Part shown: positions 21,485 through 30,775 of the stretch, one piece after another
Numbering within the stretch: the stretch's first letter is position 1
Layout of the letters: every line of letters begins with the position of its first letter
From: a virus
Lineage: Duplodnaviria > Heunggongvirae > Uroviricota > Caudoviricetes
Length of the DNA stretch: 39,249 nucleotides
Virus record (IMG/VR): IMGVR_UViG_2519899835_000006
Direction: 5' to 3' (one strand)
The notes under the pieces: model-generated
What the model was told of the DNA's origin: nothing
The model's input: the letters and a program-made list of their open reading frames with translations, nothing else
Databases searched by the model: none
Program-made: the position numbers and the translations under genes

Positions 21485-21727
21485 TTATGCTCCTGTAGTG
21501 AACAGGTCTAACGCTTCCTTCGATTTACGCACCGCTTCGATAGTGCGGGTCGTGATATCTGAATTAGCGCCACCTGACTGGAAGTGAATTTTGAATAGCT
21601 CAAGCTTCAGCTCGTCAGTGCCAATGAATTGAAATGCTTCTTCTGCGGCTGCGTTCTGGTTCATGACCAGTTTGTAAATCTCTAACTGGAATTTCTGTTC
21701 TTCAGTCATGGGAATAATCTCTGCCAT
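21485..21727 (-). CDS. Hypothetical small protein upstream of TerS
   Basis: 80-aa ORF, tightly packed with terS. Confidence 0.45.
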   Translation of the reverse strand: MAEIIPMTEEQKFQLEIYKLVMNQNAAAEEAFQFIGTDELKLELFKIHFQSGGANSDITTRTIEAVRKSKEALDLFTTGA

Positions 21728-21837
21728 TATTGGCTCCGTTTATCCGTTAAAAGGGATATCAGTTAAGTTATCCCGTGTAGGGTATAAGCCATTATCAAAG
21801 CCACTCTGTAGGGAATGGCTTTTGTGATGGCAATAAA

Positions 21838-21859
21838 AAAGGCCGCCTGAGCGACCTTT
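21838..21859. terminator. Palindromic hairpin flanked by A-run and T-run (bidirectional terminator-like)
   Basis: AAAGGCCGC-CTGA-GCGACCTTT with AATAAAAAA upstream and CATTTTTC downstream. Confidence 0.45.
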
Positions 21860-21874
21860 CATTTTTCATCCGTT

Positions 21875-22093
21875 TTAATCATCTGGGTAATTAAGCGGCA
21901 TCCAGTGTGTAACCTTGCTTGCTCCTGAATCGATGAATTCCTTGGTTCTCTGCCAGTAAGAGCCCATACATGATAGTTTGAACACGTCACCAGTATCAGT
22001 AAGAGCTATAACCTCTTTAGACCACATCCCTTCTTTGCTTTCTGGTAGCCGGTGTTCAACATTGATCCATTGGTTTCCGTTATCATCCATCAC
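21875..22093 (-). CDS. Small DUF551-like protein
   Basis: 72 aa ending ...VTHWMPLNYPDD, sharing the C-terminal motif of the 213-aa protein at 38093-38734 (VTHWMPLPEPP). Confidence 0.55.
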   Translation of the reverse strand: MMDDNGNQWINVEHRLPESKEGMWSKEVIALTDTGDVFKLSCMGSYWQRTKEFIDSGASKVTHWMPLNYPDD

Positions 22094-22529
22094 AACCTCG
22101 TCTAGTTGTTCGTCATAGATTCAGTGGCTGGCGGTGACGATTCCGCTTTTCGGGAGCTACCCTAGCCACTGTTTTATTCTATCCGATGTCTTTCCATCAG
22201 TCCGCCACCACAAAGAATCTTTTTTGCCATAAGGCAGGAGGTTCATCTTTCAGTGGCTGCCAGTGTTATTTCCCCACTTACTGGCTTGGGTTGTTTCGCT
22301 GTACTGCCGTAACTGGTTGCCCAGAATAAATTCCGGTTTCATTATCAAGCCCACCCGTAGATAGGCTTTGTAATGAACTGGCTCTTATCTCAACGCAGCC
22401 CCTTACCGCGCGCCAGATGCTCAACTTCAAGCATCAGCAATGAGATGTTTAATCTGGATTCACTCCAGAAGTGATCACCACCCTGTCTACAGAGCCAGAT
22501 GTGAAGGATGATAAGTAAAATTATCGCTA

Positions 22530-22997
22530 TCATCGAAGGCATTGCGTCCTGATGTATTCCTGAAGCGTTCTCAGTGCTGTCTGGTCTCTGATGATTCCGT
22601 CCCGGATACCGAGAACGTTTCGTCCAGCAACTGGAGAGAGTTCGACGGTGGCATCATTGCCCATGCCGGAGGCGCTGGAGGTTTCGGCTGAGGATGGCAC
22701 AGGGCATTTTCCTTTGACGAGCACCCTGCCACCATTATCAAGCTTGCGCCGAAGAGCATCATTTTCAGCTTTCGCATCAGCTAACTCCTTCGTGTATTTA
22801 GCATCGAGTACATCAGCAGCACGCTGGCGTTGCTGCATGTCAGTAATGGTGGCGGTCGCCTGCTTCAGCTCACTGACTTTTTTATCTCGCTGCTCTTTGT
22901 AGGCGATGGCGTTATCACGGTAATGATTAACAGCCCATAACAGGCAGACGATGATGCAGATAACCAGAGCGGAGATAATCGCGGTGACTCTGCTCAT
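22530..22997 (-). CDS. Rz: Rz i-spanin
   Basis: 155 aa, N-terminal TM anchor, coiled-coil periplasmic domain, directly downstream of endolysin. Confidence 0.85.
   Translation of the reverse strand: MSRVTAIISALVICIIVCLLWAVNHYRDNAIAYKEQRDKKVSELKQATATITDMQQRQRAADVLDAKYTKELADAKAENDALRRKLDNGGRVLVKGKCPVPSSAETSSASGMGNDATVELSPVAGRNVLGIRDGIIRDQTALRTLQEYIRTQCLR
22571..22777 (-). CDS. Rz1: Rz1 o-spanin lipoprotein, embedded in Rz in the +1 frame
   Basis: Embedded ORF with lipobox (MVAGC) and proline-rich PPAPPAW segment typical of Rz1. Confidence 0.75.
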   Translation of the reverse strand: MRKLKMMLFGASLIMVAGCSSKENALCHPQPKPPAPPAWAMMPPSNSLQLLDETFSVSGTESSETRQH

Positions 22998-23470
22998 ACC
23001 TCAATCTCTCTGACCGTTCCGCCAGCCTCTTTGAATTTTGCAATCAGGCTGTCAGCCTTATGCTCGAACTGACCATAACCAGCGCCCGGCAGTGAAGCCC
23101 AGATATTGCTGCAACGGTCGATAGCCTGACGGATATCACCGCGATCAATCATCGGTAAAGCGCCACGCTCTTTAATCTGCTGCAATGCCACAGCGTCCTG
23201 GCTTTTGGGAGAGAAATCTTTCAGGCCAAGCTGCTTACGATAGGCATCCCACCAACGGGAAAGAAGCTGGTAACGTCCGGCGGCTGTTGATTTGAGTTTG
23301 GGGTTTAGCGTGACAAGTTTGCGAGGGTGATCAGAGTAATCAGTGAATAGCTCTCCGCCTACAATGACGTCATAACCATGATTTCTGGTTTTCTGTCGTC
23401 CGTTATCAGTCCCCTCTGACCACGCCAGCATATCGAGGAACGCCTTACGTTGATTATTGATTTCCACCAT
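22994..23470 (-). CDS. R: Endolysin R (lambda-type lytic transglycosylase)
   Basis: 158 aa, [39 protein letters not shown]... essentially matches lambda R. Confidence 0.92.
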   Translation of the reverse strand: MVEINNQRKAFLDMLAWSEGTDNGRQKTRNHGYDVIVGGELFTDYSDHPRKLVTLNPKLKSTAAGRYQLLSRWWDAYRKQLGLKDFSPKSQDAVALQQIKERGALPMIDRGDIRQAIDRCSNIWASLPGAGYGQFEHKADSLIAKFKEAGGTVREIEV

Positions 23471-23777
23471 CTTCTACTCCGGCTTTTTTAGCAGCGACGC
23501 GTTTGATAAGCGAACCAATCGAGTCAGTGCCGATGTAGCCGATGAACACGCTCGTTATATAAGCGAGATTGCTACTTAGTCCGGCGAAGTCGAGAAGGTC
23601 ACGAATGAACCAGGCGATAATGGCGCACATCGTTGCGTCGATTACTGTTTTTGTAAACGCACCGCCATTATATCTGCCGCGAAGGTACGCCATTGCAAAC
23701 GCAAGGATTGCCCCGATGCCTTGTTCCTTTGCCGCGAGAATGGCGGCTAACAGGTCATGTTTTTCTGGCATCTTCAT
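23454..23777 (-). CDS. S: Holin S (lambda-type class I holin with dual-start MKM motif)
   Basis: 107 aa, [35 protein letters not shown]... essentially matches lambda S; overlaps R start. Confidence 0.92.
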   Translation of the reverse strand: MKMPEKHDLLAAILAAKEQGIGAILAFAMAYLRGRYNGGAFTKTVIDATMCAIIAWFIRDLLDFAGLSSNLAYITSVFIGYIGTDSIGSLIKRVAAKKAGVEDGGNQ

Positions 23778-24019
23778 GTCTTACCCCCAATAAGGGGATT
23801 TGCTCTATTTAATTAGGAATAAGGTCGATTACTGATAGAACAAATCCAGGCTACTGTGTTTAGTAATCAGATTTGTTCGTGACCGATATGCACGAGCAAA
23901 ACGGCATGAGGTTGTTAGCGCAGCCTCTTGCCACCCGCTTTCACGAAGGTCATGTTTAGAAGGCCGCAGCGTAACTATCACTGATGAATTCAGGATAGCC
24001 AGTGGCTACGGCTCAGTTA

Positions 24020-24095
24020 TGGTGCTGGTTAACGGACTTGAACCGCTACCCATTCGCTTACAAGGCGACTGCTCTACCATTGGAGCTAAACCAGC
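24020..24095 (-). tRNA. tRNA-Thr (anticodon UGU), CCA encoded
   Basis: Hand-folded cloverleaf: 7-bp acceptor stem GCTGGTT/AACCAGC, D-arm GCTC-CAATGGTA-GAGC, anticodon loop CTTGTAA, T-arm AGCGG-TTCAAGT-CCGTT, discriminator A + CCA. Confidence 0.65.
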
Positions 24096-24100
24096 ATGTT

Positions 24101-24175
24101 TGGCGGGACAGCGTGGACTCGAACCACGATAAGAAGGTTAACAGCCTTCCGTAATGACCTTTATACGACTGACCC
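24101..24175 (-). tRNA. tRNA-Asn (anticodon GUU), CCA encoded
   Basis: Hand-folded cloverleaf: anticodon stem GAAGG/CCTTC with loop CTGTTAA, T-arm CGTGG-TTCGAGT-CCACG, acceptor with one U-U mismatch, discriminator G + CCA. Confidence 0.7.
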
Positions 24176-24176
24176 A

Positions 24177-24220
24177 AATAAAAAAGCCACCGTTGCAACT
24201 TAAGAGTCACTAACGGCAGC
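24177..24220 (-). terminator. Hairpin plus U-tract between Q-like gene and the tRNAs (tR'-like terminator candidate)
   Basis: - strand GCUGCCGUU...AACGGUGGC 9-bp stem (two G-U) followed by UUUUUUAUUU. Confidence 0.45.
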
Positions 24221-24237
24221 TTACCTGCTAATTATGG

Positions 24238-24756
24238 CTAAATGGCTAATTGCATGTCAAGGCTTTTAACAGCAACATGCTTAACTTTCTCAACACGTTT
24301 ACGCATTTTGAAAGCATTTTGCATTGGCTGGTACAAAACAAATAACGACGCTTTCAGGATGTCGTCAATTTCGTTTCTACAGGTTGCCAGTGAAGGTTTT
24401 CTCCATCCCTCGCCACCACGTCCACACATCTTGCGTGGCTTTGCAGTCGCGTGATAGTAGGATGCAATTGCTCGCTTAGATGAACCATGAGCGTAGTAGC
24501 TGAGGAGGATGCCAAAGGCTTTCTTGTCAATGTACATGACGGAATCGACGACCTGAGAAATCAACATTCCATCATCATCATTACACATTGGCCTTGTCAT
24601 AATTCTTCCCGGCTCTACGCTCTCCATGAACTTCGCTATTACGCTGCTCATGCGCTTTTCCAGACGACCTGAATAAACCCATGCGCCCCACAGTTCAAGC
24701 CAGCCATTCAGCCACTCATGCTGTTCTTTGGTGAGGTTTAGTTCTCTTATGCCCAT
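24238..24756 (-). CDS. Q: Late-gene antiterminator Q-like protein (phage 82 / QuuD family)
   Basis: 172 aa with LELWGAW and [11 protein letters not shown] motifs resembling QuuD/82-type Q; located between nin region and lysis genes. Confidence 0.7.
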   Translation of the reverse strand: MGIRELNLTKEQHEWLNGWLELWGAWVYSGRLEKRMSSVIAKFMESVEPGRIMTRPMCNDDDGMLISQVVDSVMYIDKKAFGILLSYYAHGSSKRAIASYYHATAKPRKMCGRGGEGWRKPSLATCRNEIDDILKASLFVLYQPMQNAFKMRKRVEKVKHVAVKSLDMQLAI

Positions 24757-25418
24757 GCGCCTTCTCCCTGTACCTGAATCAATGTGAGGTTTCCGCAGAA
24801 CACTGCTCCGGTATCGATATACATTTGGTTGGCAAATTTAAGTGGTTTCACTGCTGGCGTATGACCAAAGATGAACGTGTCCGCGCCTTTGATTTCTTTC
24901 ACGATCCCGTCTTGTGAGTTGCTGATTCGTTCGCGGTTCCAGATTACCTGCTGATGATCAACTGGCTTTCCAAACTCGTATTCGTCACAAGGATAATCGG
25001 CGTGGCAGATGACATATTTTTTACCTTCGCTCACCAGTTCGATGATTAACGGAAGTTCATCTGCTTTATGAGCAAGAGCTTTAGCCAGAATTTCTTTGTC
25101 GTAATCGAGATTAAAGAACCAGCCACCGCCATTAAGCATCCAGTGATTGACGTTTCCGCGCTCTGATAAGCCATCAATCATCATTTGCTCATGGTTTCCA
25201 CGTACAGCTCGGAACCAGGGGAATGTGATTAATTCCAGACATTCGACGTTCTCTGTACCGCGATCGACCAAATCGCCAACCGAGATAAGCAGGTCTTTTT
25301 TGGTGTCGAATCCTATCGTCTCCAGTTTTTTCATCAGGTTCGTGTAGCATCCGTGCAGATCGCCAACTACCCAAATATTTCGGTATTTGCTGCCATCAAT
25401 TTTTTCGTAATAGCGCAT
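24747..25418 (-). CDS. ninI: Ser/Thr protein phosphatase NinI (lambda PPase); true start MRYYEKIDG inside the longer track ORF
   Basis: Metallophosphatase motifs GDLHGC, GDLVDRG, GNHE; sequence nearly identical to lambda phosphatase as recalled. Confidence 0.9.
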   Translation of the reverse strand: MRYYEKIDGSKYRNIWVVGDLHGCYTNLMKKLETIGFDTKKDLLISVGDLVDRGTENVECLELITFPWFRAVRGNHEQMMIDGLSERGNVNHWMLNGGGWFFNLDYDKEILAKALAHKADELPLIIELVSEGKKYVICHADYPCDEYEFGKPVDHQQVIWNRERISNSQDGIVKEIKGADTFIFGHTPAVKPLKFANQMYIDTGAVFCGNLTLIQVQGEGAWA

Positions 25419-25602
25419 CTCTTTCACTCCATCCGCGATGAACCATGAGAACGTCGTTGACGATGGCGTGCATTTTCCCGTCTTTATCATCAACGTATTT
25501 TCTGACCGTACCGCGACTACATTTCAGTCTGCGTGCTACTTCTGTCTGGTTTCCGTATGCTTCAACGAGCATGTCTGGAATGGTTTTTACTGAGAACGTC
25601 AT
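25396..25602 (-). CDS. ninH: NinH
   Basis: 68 aa [37 protein letters not shown]... matches lambda NinH; HTH-like. Confidence 0.88.
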   Translation of the reverse strand: MTFSVKTIPDMLVEAYGNQTEVARRLKCSRGTVRKYVDDKDGKMHAIVNDVLMVHRGWSERDALLRKN

Positions 25603-26210
25603 GCGGCCTCACTTCTGCTATTTCGCAGGTCTTTGAGTTTCTGCTGATACTCCGCCTTGATGGCCCTGCACTCTTCGACAGTCCAGCGATGGCGGTTATG
25701 GTTTGATTCGATTTCGTCTACTGCTTCCTGCCCGATGCGATTAATCAGTTCGACGCGATACGGAACGAGATTTCCGCTTTTGTGCTGGTTGCACACCACG
25801 CATTGCTTGTGAATATTGCGTTCATCAAATCGGAGTTGAGGTGCCGCAGCAGTTGTCCGGTAATGTCCGGCATCCCACTGAGCAGACGTGAGCGTTCCGC
25901 ACGAGATACATGGTAAGTCGCGGTCTCTTTCTCTGATGAAGGCGTTTACGGCTTGTTGGGCTTGTTTAATCCAGTAACTGCGGGGCTTTAAGGCGAGTTT
26001 TCGAATCTTAAGTTTATCTTTCTGTTTCTGCTCCTCTCGTCGTCGTTTCTTCTCTGCTGCTTTTTCCGCTTTTTCGCGTTCTTTGCTTCGTCGTTCGAGT
26101 GCTATCTTGGTTCCACACTCTGGAGAGCACCACCACTGATTAGCGAATGCAGGGTGAAACCATTCCCGACATTCATCGTTTTTACATCGTCTTCGCGCTG
26201 GTTTAGCCAT
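25599..26210 (-). CDS. ninG: NinG (Rap) recombination-associated protein
   Basis: 203 aa, Cys-rich N-terminus [18 protein letters not shown]..., lambda NinG-like. Confidence 0.88.
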   Translation of the reverse strand: MAKPARRRCKNDECREWFHPAFANQWWCSPECGTKIALERRSKEREKAEKAAEKKRRREEQKQKDKLKIRKLALKPRSYWIKQAQQAVNAFIRERDRDLPCISCGTLTSAQWDAGHYRTTAAAPQLRFDERNIHKQCVVCNQHKSGNLVPYRVELINRIGQEAVDEIESNHNRHRWTVEECRAIKAEYQQKLKDLRNSRSEAA

Positions 26211-26379
26211 CGTCTTCTTCCTCGTACATTGAGCTATTCGGATCGCTCATCAGTTCTGCGCAGCAGTGCTCACACACGTGAACTTCCAGCACATGCAGCT
26301 TCTGGCCGCAGTTAGCGCACGTTAAAGCCCGCTCGACGCTTTCTTTCTGGTATTGAAGGGATTGGGATGGGCTAAGCAT
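26203..26379 (-). CDS. ninF: NinF (58 aa; below ORF-track cutoff)
   Basis: Hand-translated [58 protein letters not shown]; CxxC...CxxC zinc-ribbon-like; lambda NinF-like. Confidence 0.75.
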   Translation of the reverse strand: MLSPSQSLQYQKESVERALTCANCGQKLHVLEVHVCEHCCAELMSDPNSSMYEEEDDG

Positions 26380-26833
26380 TATTGGCGTCCTGCATCATGA
26401 GAAAGACAATCATGGCGGCGCGGAGTGGAGATTCACCGCAGAAGTAGTAGCCAGGAATATTTTCCCATTCCCAACAACCTTCCTCTAAATCACCTCCTGA
26501 CCATGCGCACCATTCTTTTTCCGCTGTCATCCACATAGTGCTGATTTTGCTTTCAGTGATTATTGGCCACGCATATTCAGGATTATTGCAAGGATTGAAG
26601 CAATTTCCGTTTGAAGAACGGAAGCCATTAATATCCCTTTTTTGCGTCTGCCAAATAGGACCTCTTTCGTCAGTGGGGATCTCAGAATCGAAGTCTGCTT
26701 CGTCATCAGGTATGAAGAAATGCTCCTCCATATCTAAAGCCTCACATACTCGTCTGTTAATTTCAAAATCACTTAACTGTGAATAATCCATTGTCATTTC
26801 CTCGCACGATGTCTTAGCCACCGGATATCCCAC
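26372..26833 (-). CDS. Hypothetical nin-region protein (NinX-like by position)
   Basis: 153-aa ORF between ninE and ninF, the position occupied by ninX in P22-like phages. Confidence 0.5.
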   Translation of the reverse strand: MGYPVAKTSCEEMTMDYSQLSDFEINRRVCEALDMEEHFFIPDDEADFDSEIPTDERGPIWQTQKRDINGFRSSNGNCFNPCNNPEYAWPIITESKISTMWMTAEKEWCAWSGGDLEEGCWEWENIPGYYFCGESPLRAAMIVFLMMQDANNA

Positions 26834-26970
26834 AGGTGAGCCGTGTAGTTGAAGGTTTTTACGTCAGATTCTTTTGGGATTGGCTTGCGTTTATTTCTGG
26901 AGCGTTTCGTTGGAAGGTATTTGCAGTTTTCGCAGATGATGTCGGTGAAACTTCGTCGCTGTCGTCTCAT
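26794..26970 (-). CDS. ninE: NinE; true start [10 protein letters not shown] inside the longer track ORF
   Basis: [58 protein letters not shown] matches lambda NinE. Confidence 0.85.
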   Translation of the reverse strand: MRRQRRSFTDIICENCKYLPTKRSRNKRKPIPKESDVKTFNYTAHLWDIRWLRHRARK

Positions 26971-27377
26971 TCGTACCTCCTGTCGGTAAATCTGACACCC
27001 TGACCAATAGCCCATGCTGTCGTGTACTCAATCAGACTTGCCATACGCTTCACGCTCATCTGCGCGCTGCTTTCGCGAATGTTGACGTATTCGCCTTCAA
27101 GGCCGGGCAAAACATCAGCTTCCTGTTTTGTTGCCACTGCATGACCGCTAATCAACAAAACCTTCCATTGTTCCGGTTTTAACCATTTGCCGCACCATTG
27201 AACCTGACGAGCGATATCCGCCAGCATCGCGTGAAATTTTGCGTTCTGGTCAAGGTTGCGCTTGTAGTCAGTAATGCGGATGGTGACTGGCTTGTCTTTA
27301 TCGAGTGGTGTTGCGAGGATGGCGTTGATTGCGGCTTGCTGTTGTTGCTTACTTCGGAGGAAGATTGTTTGCTTCAC
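26967..27377 (-). CDS. ninB: NinB recombination protein
   Basis: 136 aa with [27 protein letters not shown] aligning to lambda NinB. Confidence 0.85.
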   Translation of the reverse strand: MKQTIFLRSKQQQQAAINAILATPLDKDKPVTIRITDYKRNLDQNAKFHAMLADIARQVQWCGKWLKPEQWKVLLISGHAVATKQEADVLPGLEGEYVNIRESSAQMSVKRMASLIEYTTAWAIGQGVRFTDRRYE

Positions 27378-27388
27378 TGAACACTCCT

Positions 27389-27580
27389 TTATTTTTTATG
27401 CCTGTAACCCCATTCTTCCAGCAACCTTGCGGCGTACCACCCAAGAAACAAAGGAAAGAACATTACAATGAGATATGCCACGCCACGGTCAATGTTCGAA
27501 ATTGACCAGATTACGATGTAACCAGTGCAGGACAGGAATATTACAAACCCCAAAAAGCTACTTCGTCGACTCATGCTCAC
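27389..27580 (-). CDS. Small membrane protein, unknown function
   Basis: 63 aa with two hydrophobic helices. Confidence 0.4.
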   Translation of the reverse strand: MSMSRRSSFLGFVIFLSCTGYIVIWSISNIDRGVAYLIVMFFPLFLGWYAARLLEEWGYRHKK

Positions 27581-27861
27581 TCCTTCACTTTGATTCCAGC
27601 GGCGCGGATGGATTCATCGATATCGTCACGGTCGTACACAGCAATAGCATCACTGACAAACCATACAGGCAACTCAATTTCAATAGCTGCTCGCGATGCC
27701 TGCCACGTTTGCCAGTGGCCTTGAACATCGTCCATCACGTATTGACCACCAATATCACCACTGCCAATTTCATGGTGATTTTCAGGGTAACGGATAAGGT
27801 CTGATGATTCGCCTCCACGTCGCAACCAACTTTCTTCAAACTGCTTTCTTGATTCGTCCAT
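27577..27861 (-). CDS. Hypothetical acidic protein
   Basis: 94-aa ORF in operon context between helicase and ninB (the ren/ninA position). Confidence 0.45.
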   Translation of the reverse strand: MDESRKQFEESWLRRGGESSDLIRYPENHHEIGSGDIGGQYVMDDVQGHWQTWQASRAAIEIELPVWFVSDAIAVYDRDDIDESIRAAGIKVKE

Positions 27862-27878
27862 CGATACTTACCCTCAGT

Positions 27879-28085
27879 TCAACTCACAAAACGCCACGCC
27901 ATTTTTGCTACGACAACAGGCATAACACCGATAATCACCCAGACAAATGCAGCGCCAAACAACGTATACCATGGGTCTTTACCGTCATTCACAAGACGAA
28001 TGTAGCTATGCAGAACAATAAAAAACGTCAGAAGAATCCATCCAACGCCAACGCATTTGAATGCGACGAGCATAAACTCAGCCAC
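27879..28085 (-). CDS. Small membrane protein, unknown function
   Basis: 68 aa with two hydrophobic helices. Confidence 0.4.
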   Translation of the reverse strand: MAEFMLVAFKCVGVGWILLTFFIVLHSYIRLVNDGKDPWYTLFGAAFVWVIIGVMPVVVAKMAWRFVS

Positions 28086-28157
28086 GATTTACTCTCCCCC
28101 AAATAAAAAGGCCTGCGATTACCAGCAGGCCTGTTATTAGCTCAGTGATGTAGATGG

Positions 28158-29534
28158 TCATACGTCAGCCCCTTGTGCATATCGTCTGCCACGCGCAGCA
28201 GGTGCATTTGATGCTGTGCAAATCTGTCTGGCTTCATCCTGGTCACATGCAACAAAGTGTCCGTTACAGAACCGCTGGTAAACCGTACCAAGCGAGCCAA
28301 AACGGTTTTTCGTCACAATGATTTCAGCAAATGGCGCGGCGCTACTGTTCTCGTCATATACCGCTTCCCGATAGAGCATGATGATTGAGTCTGCGTCCTG
28401 TTCAATGCTTCCTGAATCACGCAAATCTGCGTTTGTCGGGCGTTTGTTTGGTCGCTTCTCAACATCGCGCGAAAGCTGACTTAGGGAGATAACAGGCGTT
28501 TTCAGGTCTTTCGCCATCGCCTTAAGGCTTCCGGAGATGTGAGCAATTGCGAGGTCGTTGCGATCTGCTTTCGGCTTCTCAATCAGGCCAAGATAATCCG
28601 CCATGATGAGTGACAGGTTTGGATTTTCCTGTTTGTGCCGTTCTGCGATTGAGCGTATTTCTTCGACCGATAACCGCGAGGCATCGACTACCCATACATC
28701 CAAATCTGCAAGCTGACTCATGCCGTTAGCAACACGCGCCCAGCCTTCGTCATCCATCGATGCAGGATTTCGCAGCACGCTAACCGACATCCTCCCGGCG
28801 TTGGCAATGCTTCGCTCTGCAATCTGCAATGCGCTCATTTCCATTGAGAAAATCAACACTCCGCGCCGGACGTCAGAACCAGGAATAACGCGGCTTGCAA
28901 CGCCTTCGGCAATCTTCAGCGCCAGTTCGGTTTTCCCCATACCAGGACGAGCAGCGATTATCACCAGGTCTTCTGCGTTCATCCCTCCGGTGATGGCGTC
29001 AAGTTCTTCGATTCCGGTCTTCAGGGTATCTGACTCTTCTCCGTTCCTCAGACGCCTGTCAAGCGTGTCAGTGTAGTCAGTGATGATTTCCCCTAACCGT
29101 ACAGGTTTAACCTCGTCACGGGGCTTTCTGATAGCTGAAAGACGCTTCACAAGCTCATCCATCGCCTGACTCGATGCGTCGATGGTTCCGCTCTGAATTG
29201 GTTCACGCATTTCATCCATGATTTCCAGCACCAGACGGCGGTGATAGTTATCCGCGACCATTCCGGCATATCCCTTCAGGTTTGCGGCACTCGGGCAGTT
29301 TTTGCTGGTCATCAGGATTGACGTGAAATGCTCCTCTCCGCACGCCTCGGCAACCATCAGCGCGTCGATTAGGTTTCTGTTTCGCGCCTGCTTGCGGATA
29401 ACCTCGAAGGCTTTCCGGTAGAGCGGAATTGAAAACGCTTCCGGCTCCAGCGTTGCCAGAACGTCGCTGGCGGTTGGTGTTAATCCACCAATCAGCAGGC
29501 CACCGATAACGCTCGCTTCGATATCCTGTTTCAT
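28158..29534 (-). CDS. Replicative DNA helicase, DnaB-like (P22 gene 12-like)
   Basis: 458 aa; Walker A ARPGMGKT, DnaB-type motifs; downstream of O-like initiator. Confidence 0.9.
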   Translation of the reverse strand: MKQDIEASVIGGLLIGGLTPTASDVLATLEPEAFSIPLYRKAFEVIRKQARNRNLIDALMVAEACGEEHFTSILMTSKNCPSAANLKGYAGMVADNYHRRLVLEIMDEMREPIQSGTIDASSQAMDELVKRLSAIRKPRDEVKPVRLGEIITDYTDTLDRRLRNGEESDTLKTGIEELDAITGGMNAEDLVIIAARPGMGKTELALKIAEGVASRVIPGSDVRRGVLIFSMEMSALQIAERSIANAGRMSVSVLRNPASMDDEGWARVANGMSQLADLDVWVVDASRLSVEEIRSIAERHKQENPNLSLIMADYLGLIEKPKADRNDLAIAHISGSLKAMAKDLKTPVISLSQLSRDVEKRPNKRPTNADLRDSGSIEQDADSIIMLYREAVYDENSSAAPFAEIIVTKNRFGSLGTVYQRFCNGHFVACDQDEARQICTASNAPAARGRRYAQGADV

Positions 29535-30478
29535 GCAATCCCCCTGTCTGCAAACTTCCCTTCCCGAACTCCCGTTAACGAATCTTCCCTCAGCAGGTAA
29601 TCAAAATCGGCCGTCCAGCCAGTGTCGTTGTCTCCGAAGTAAAACGGCTTGGCCTGATGTACAAACGCCCTGACATACGCTCTGAAACCGTCCACGTTTG
29701 GCGTTTTCAGTTGCGGGATGATTTTCTTCAGGCGGCGTTTGCGTTTCTCGTTGACCGCAACAGCGTGTGGCAGTCTGTCACCGACTTCGGTGTTGTAGGC
29801 GTTCAGGAAGGATTCGTAGTCGATTCGTTCTGCCTTGCGACGTTCAGGTTTAACCTGCCCATCGCCGCCCCCATTGGGGGGTAGGGGGGTATTATTTATA
29901 TTCTTGTTAATACCTTCTTGTTCATGATGTGCGGTTGTTTGTGCGGCTTCATGTGCGCTTTCATGTGCGGCATGTACTCTGAAAGCCGCGCCATTGCTGG
30001 CTTCGTCATGTGCGGCATCATGTGCGGTTGTTTGTGCGGCTTCATGTGCGGGTGAATTGTCCATTTTTTGAGCGTATTCATGGTAATTTGTGATGGTGAT
30101 CACACGACCTTTTTGCTTCTCTCCATCAATGGAGATCATCCCCTCTTTCACAAAAACCTGAAGCATCCGCTCAACCTGATCACGGCTTGCTGGCTTGCCA
30201 TGTCTGTCGCATAACTGAAGACCTAAATCAGCTGCTGTCACAACCAGTTGACCGGGTTGCAGATGCCATTCATGACCTTTGAAATTCGCTTTGTATGGCT
30301 TTCTGGCGGCATTCAGGAGAAGGTTTTCCCACAGGGTGCGAAGATAAACATCTTTCGCCCATGACTGTTTCAGAATGCTCCGGTACAACGGAATGTAACC
30401 AGTTTTCTGGTTCTCCATCCTGTTGCTCCTGCGCTCGTGTGCGGCGCTGAAATCGTAGATTTTTGCTGTATTGCTCAT
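29531..30478 (-). CDS. Replication initiator, lambda O-like (N-terminal iteron-binding domain) with internal repeat region
   Basis: 315 aa; N-terminus [10 protein letters not shown] resembles lambda O MTNTAKILNF; contains the iteron repeats encoding [14 protein letters not shown] repeats; ATGA overlap with helicase. Confidence 0.8.
   Translation of the reverse strand: MSNTAKIYDFSAAHERRSNRMENQKTGYIPLYRSILKQSWAKDVYLRTLWENLLLNAARKPYKANFKGHEWHLQPGQLVVTAADLGLQLCDRHGKPASRDQVERMLQVFVKEGMISIDGEKQKGRVITITNYHEYAQKMDNSPAHEAAQTTAHDAAHDEASNGAAFRVHAAHESAHEAAQTTAHHEQEGINKNINNTPLPPNGGGDGQVKPERRKAERIDYESFLNAYNTEVGDRLPHAVAVNEKRKRRLKKIIPQLKTPNVDGFRAYVRAFVHQAKPFYFGDNDTGWTADFDYLLREDSLTGVREGKFADRGIA
29927..30051. 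repeat. Origin-of-replication iterons: 8 copies of (CA)TGTGCGG spaced about 12 bp, in two clusters of four, inside the O-like gene
   Basis: Direct reading; motif copies at about 29927, 29940, 29950, 29961, 30007, 30019, 30033, 30043. Confidence 0.7.
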
Positions 30479-30480
30479 AA

Positions 30481-30753
30481 CTACCTGCCTTGACGAAAGA
30501 CATTAAGAACATCGTTAAACTGACTTACGGATATGTCTTCTTTGAGAAGCTTTTCCAGAAATGTGTTTGGAATGAACGTATATCCCTCCTCTTTTGGTAG
30601 AGACGGGAGCAACGCCCTCGCCTCAGCCTTCAGAAGCTCAGTTCTGGCAACTTTCACAAAAGAGATTTGAGTTCTTTCATCAATGGAACGAAGGAAGCGC
30701 AAACGCTTAGCTTCTTTGTGTGTATCAGGTGGATTAAAGCCTTTGTTTCGCAT
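30481..30753 (-). CDS. Hypothetical 90-aa protein between cII and O-like gene
   Basis: Portion of track ORF 30481..31026 downstream of the cII stop, from internal ATG; alternative frame upstream overlaps cII and is rejected. Confidence 0.4.
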   Translation of the reverse strand: MRNKGFNPPDTHKEAKRLRFLRSIDERTQISFVKVARTELLKAEARALLPSLPKEEGYTFIPNTFLEKLLKEDISVSQFNDVLNVFRQGR

Positions 30754-30775
30754 ATAATTACCTCGTTGGATGTTG

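Noticed and set aside
23820-24019. Possible third tRNA or structured RNA between the tRNA-Thr and holin
   Set aside because: No T-arm (GGTTCGANTCC-like) or cloverleaf could be folded by eye; only a long-loop inverted repeat GATTACT...AGTAATC.
29896-30081. - strand 61-aa ORF with HMKPHK repeats, and the idea that the repeats are a CRISPR-like array
   Set aside because: Out-of-frame reading of the iteron repeats inside the O-like gene; repeat units are 9-12 bp with no spacers, so not CRISPR.
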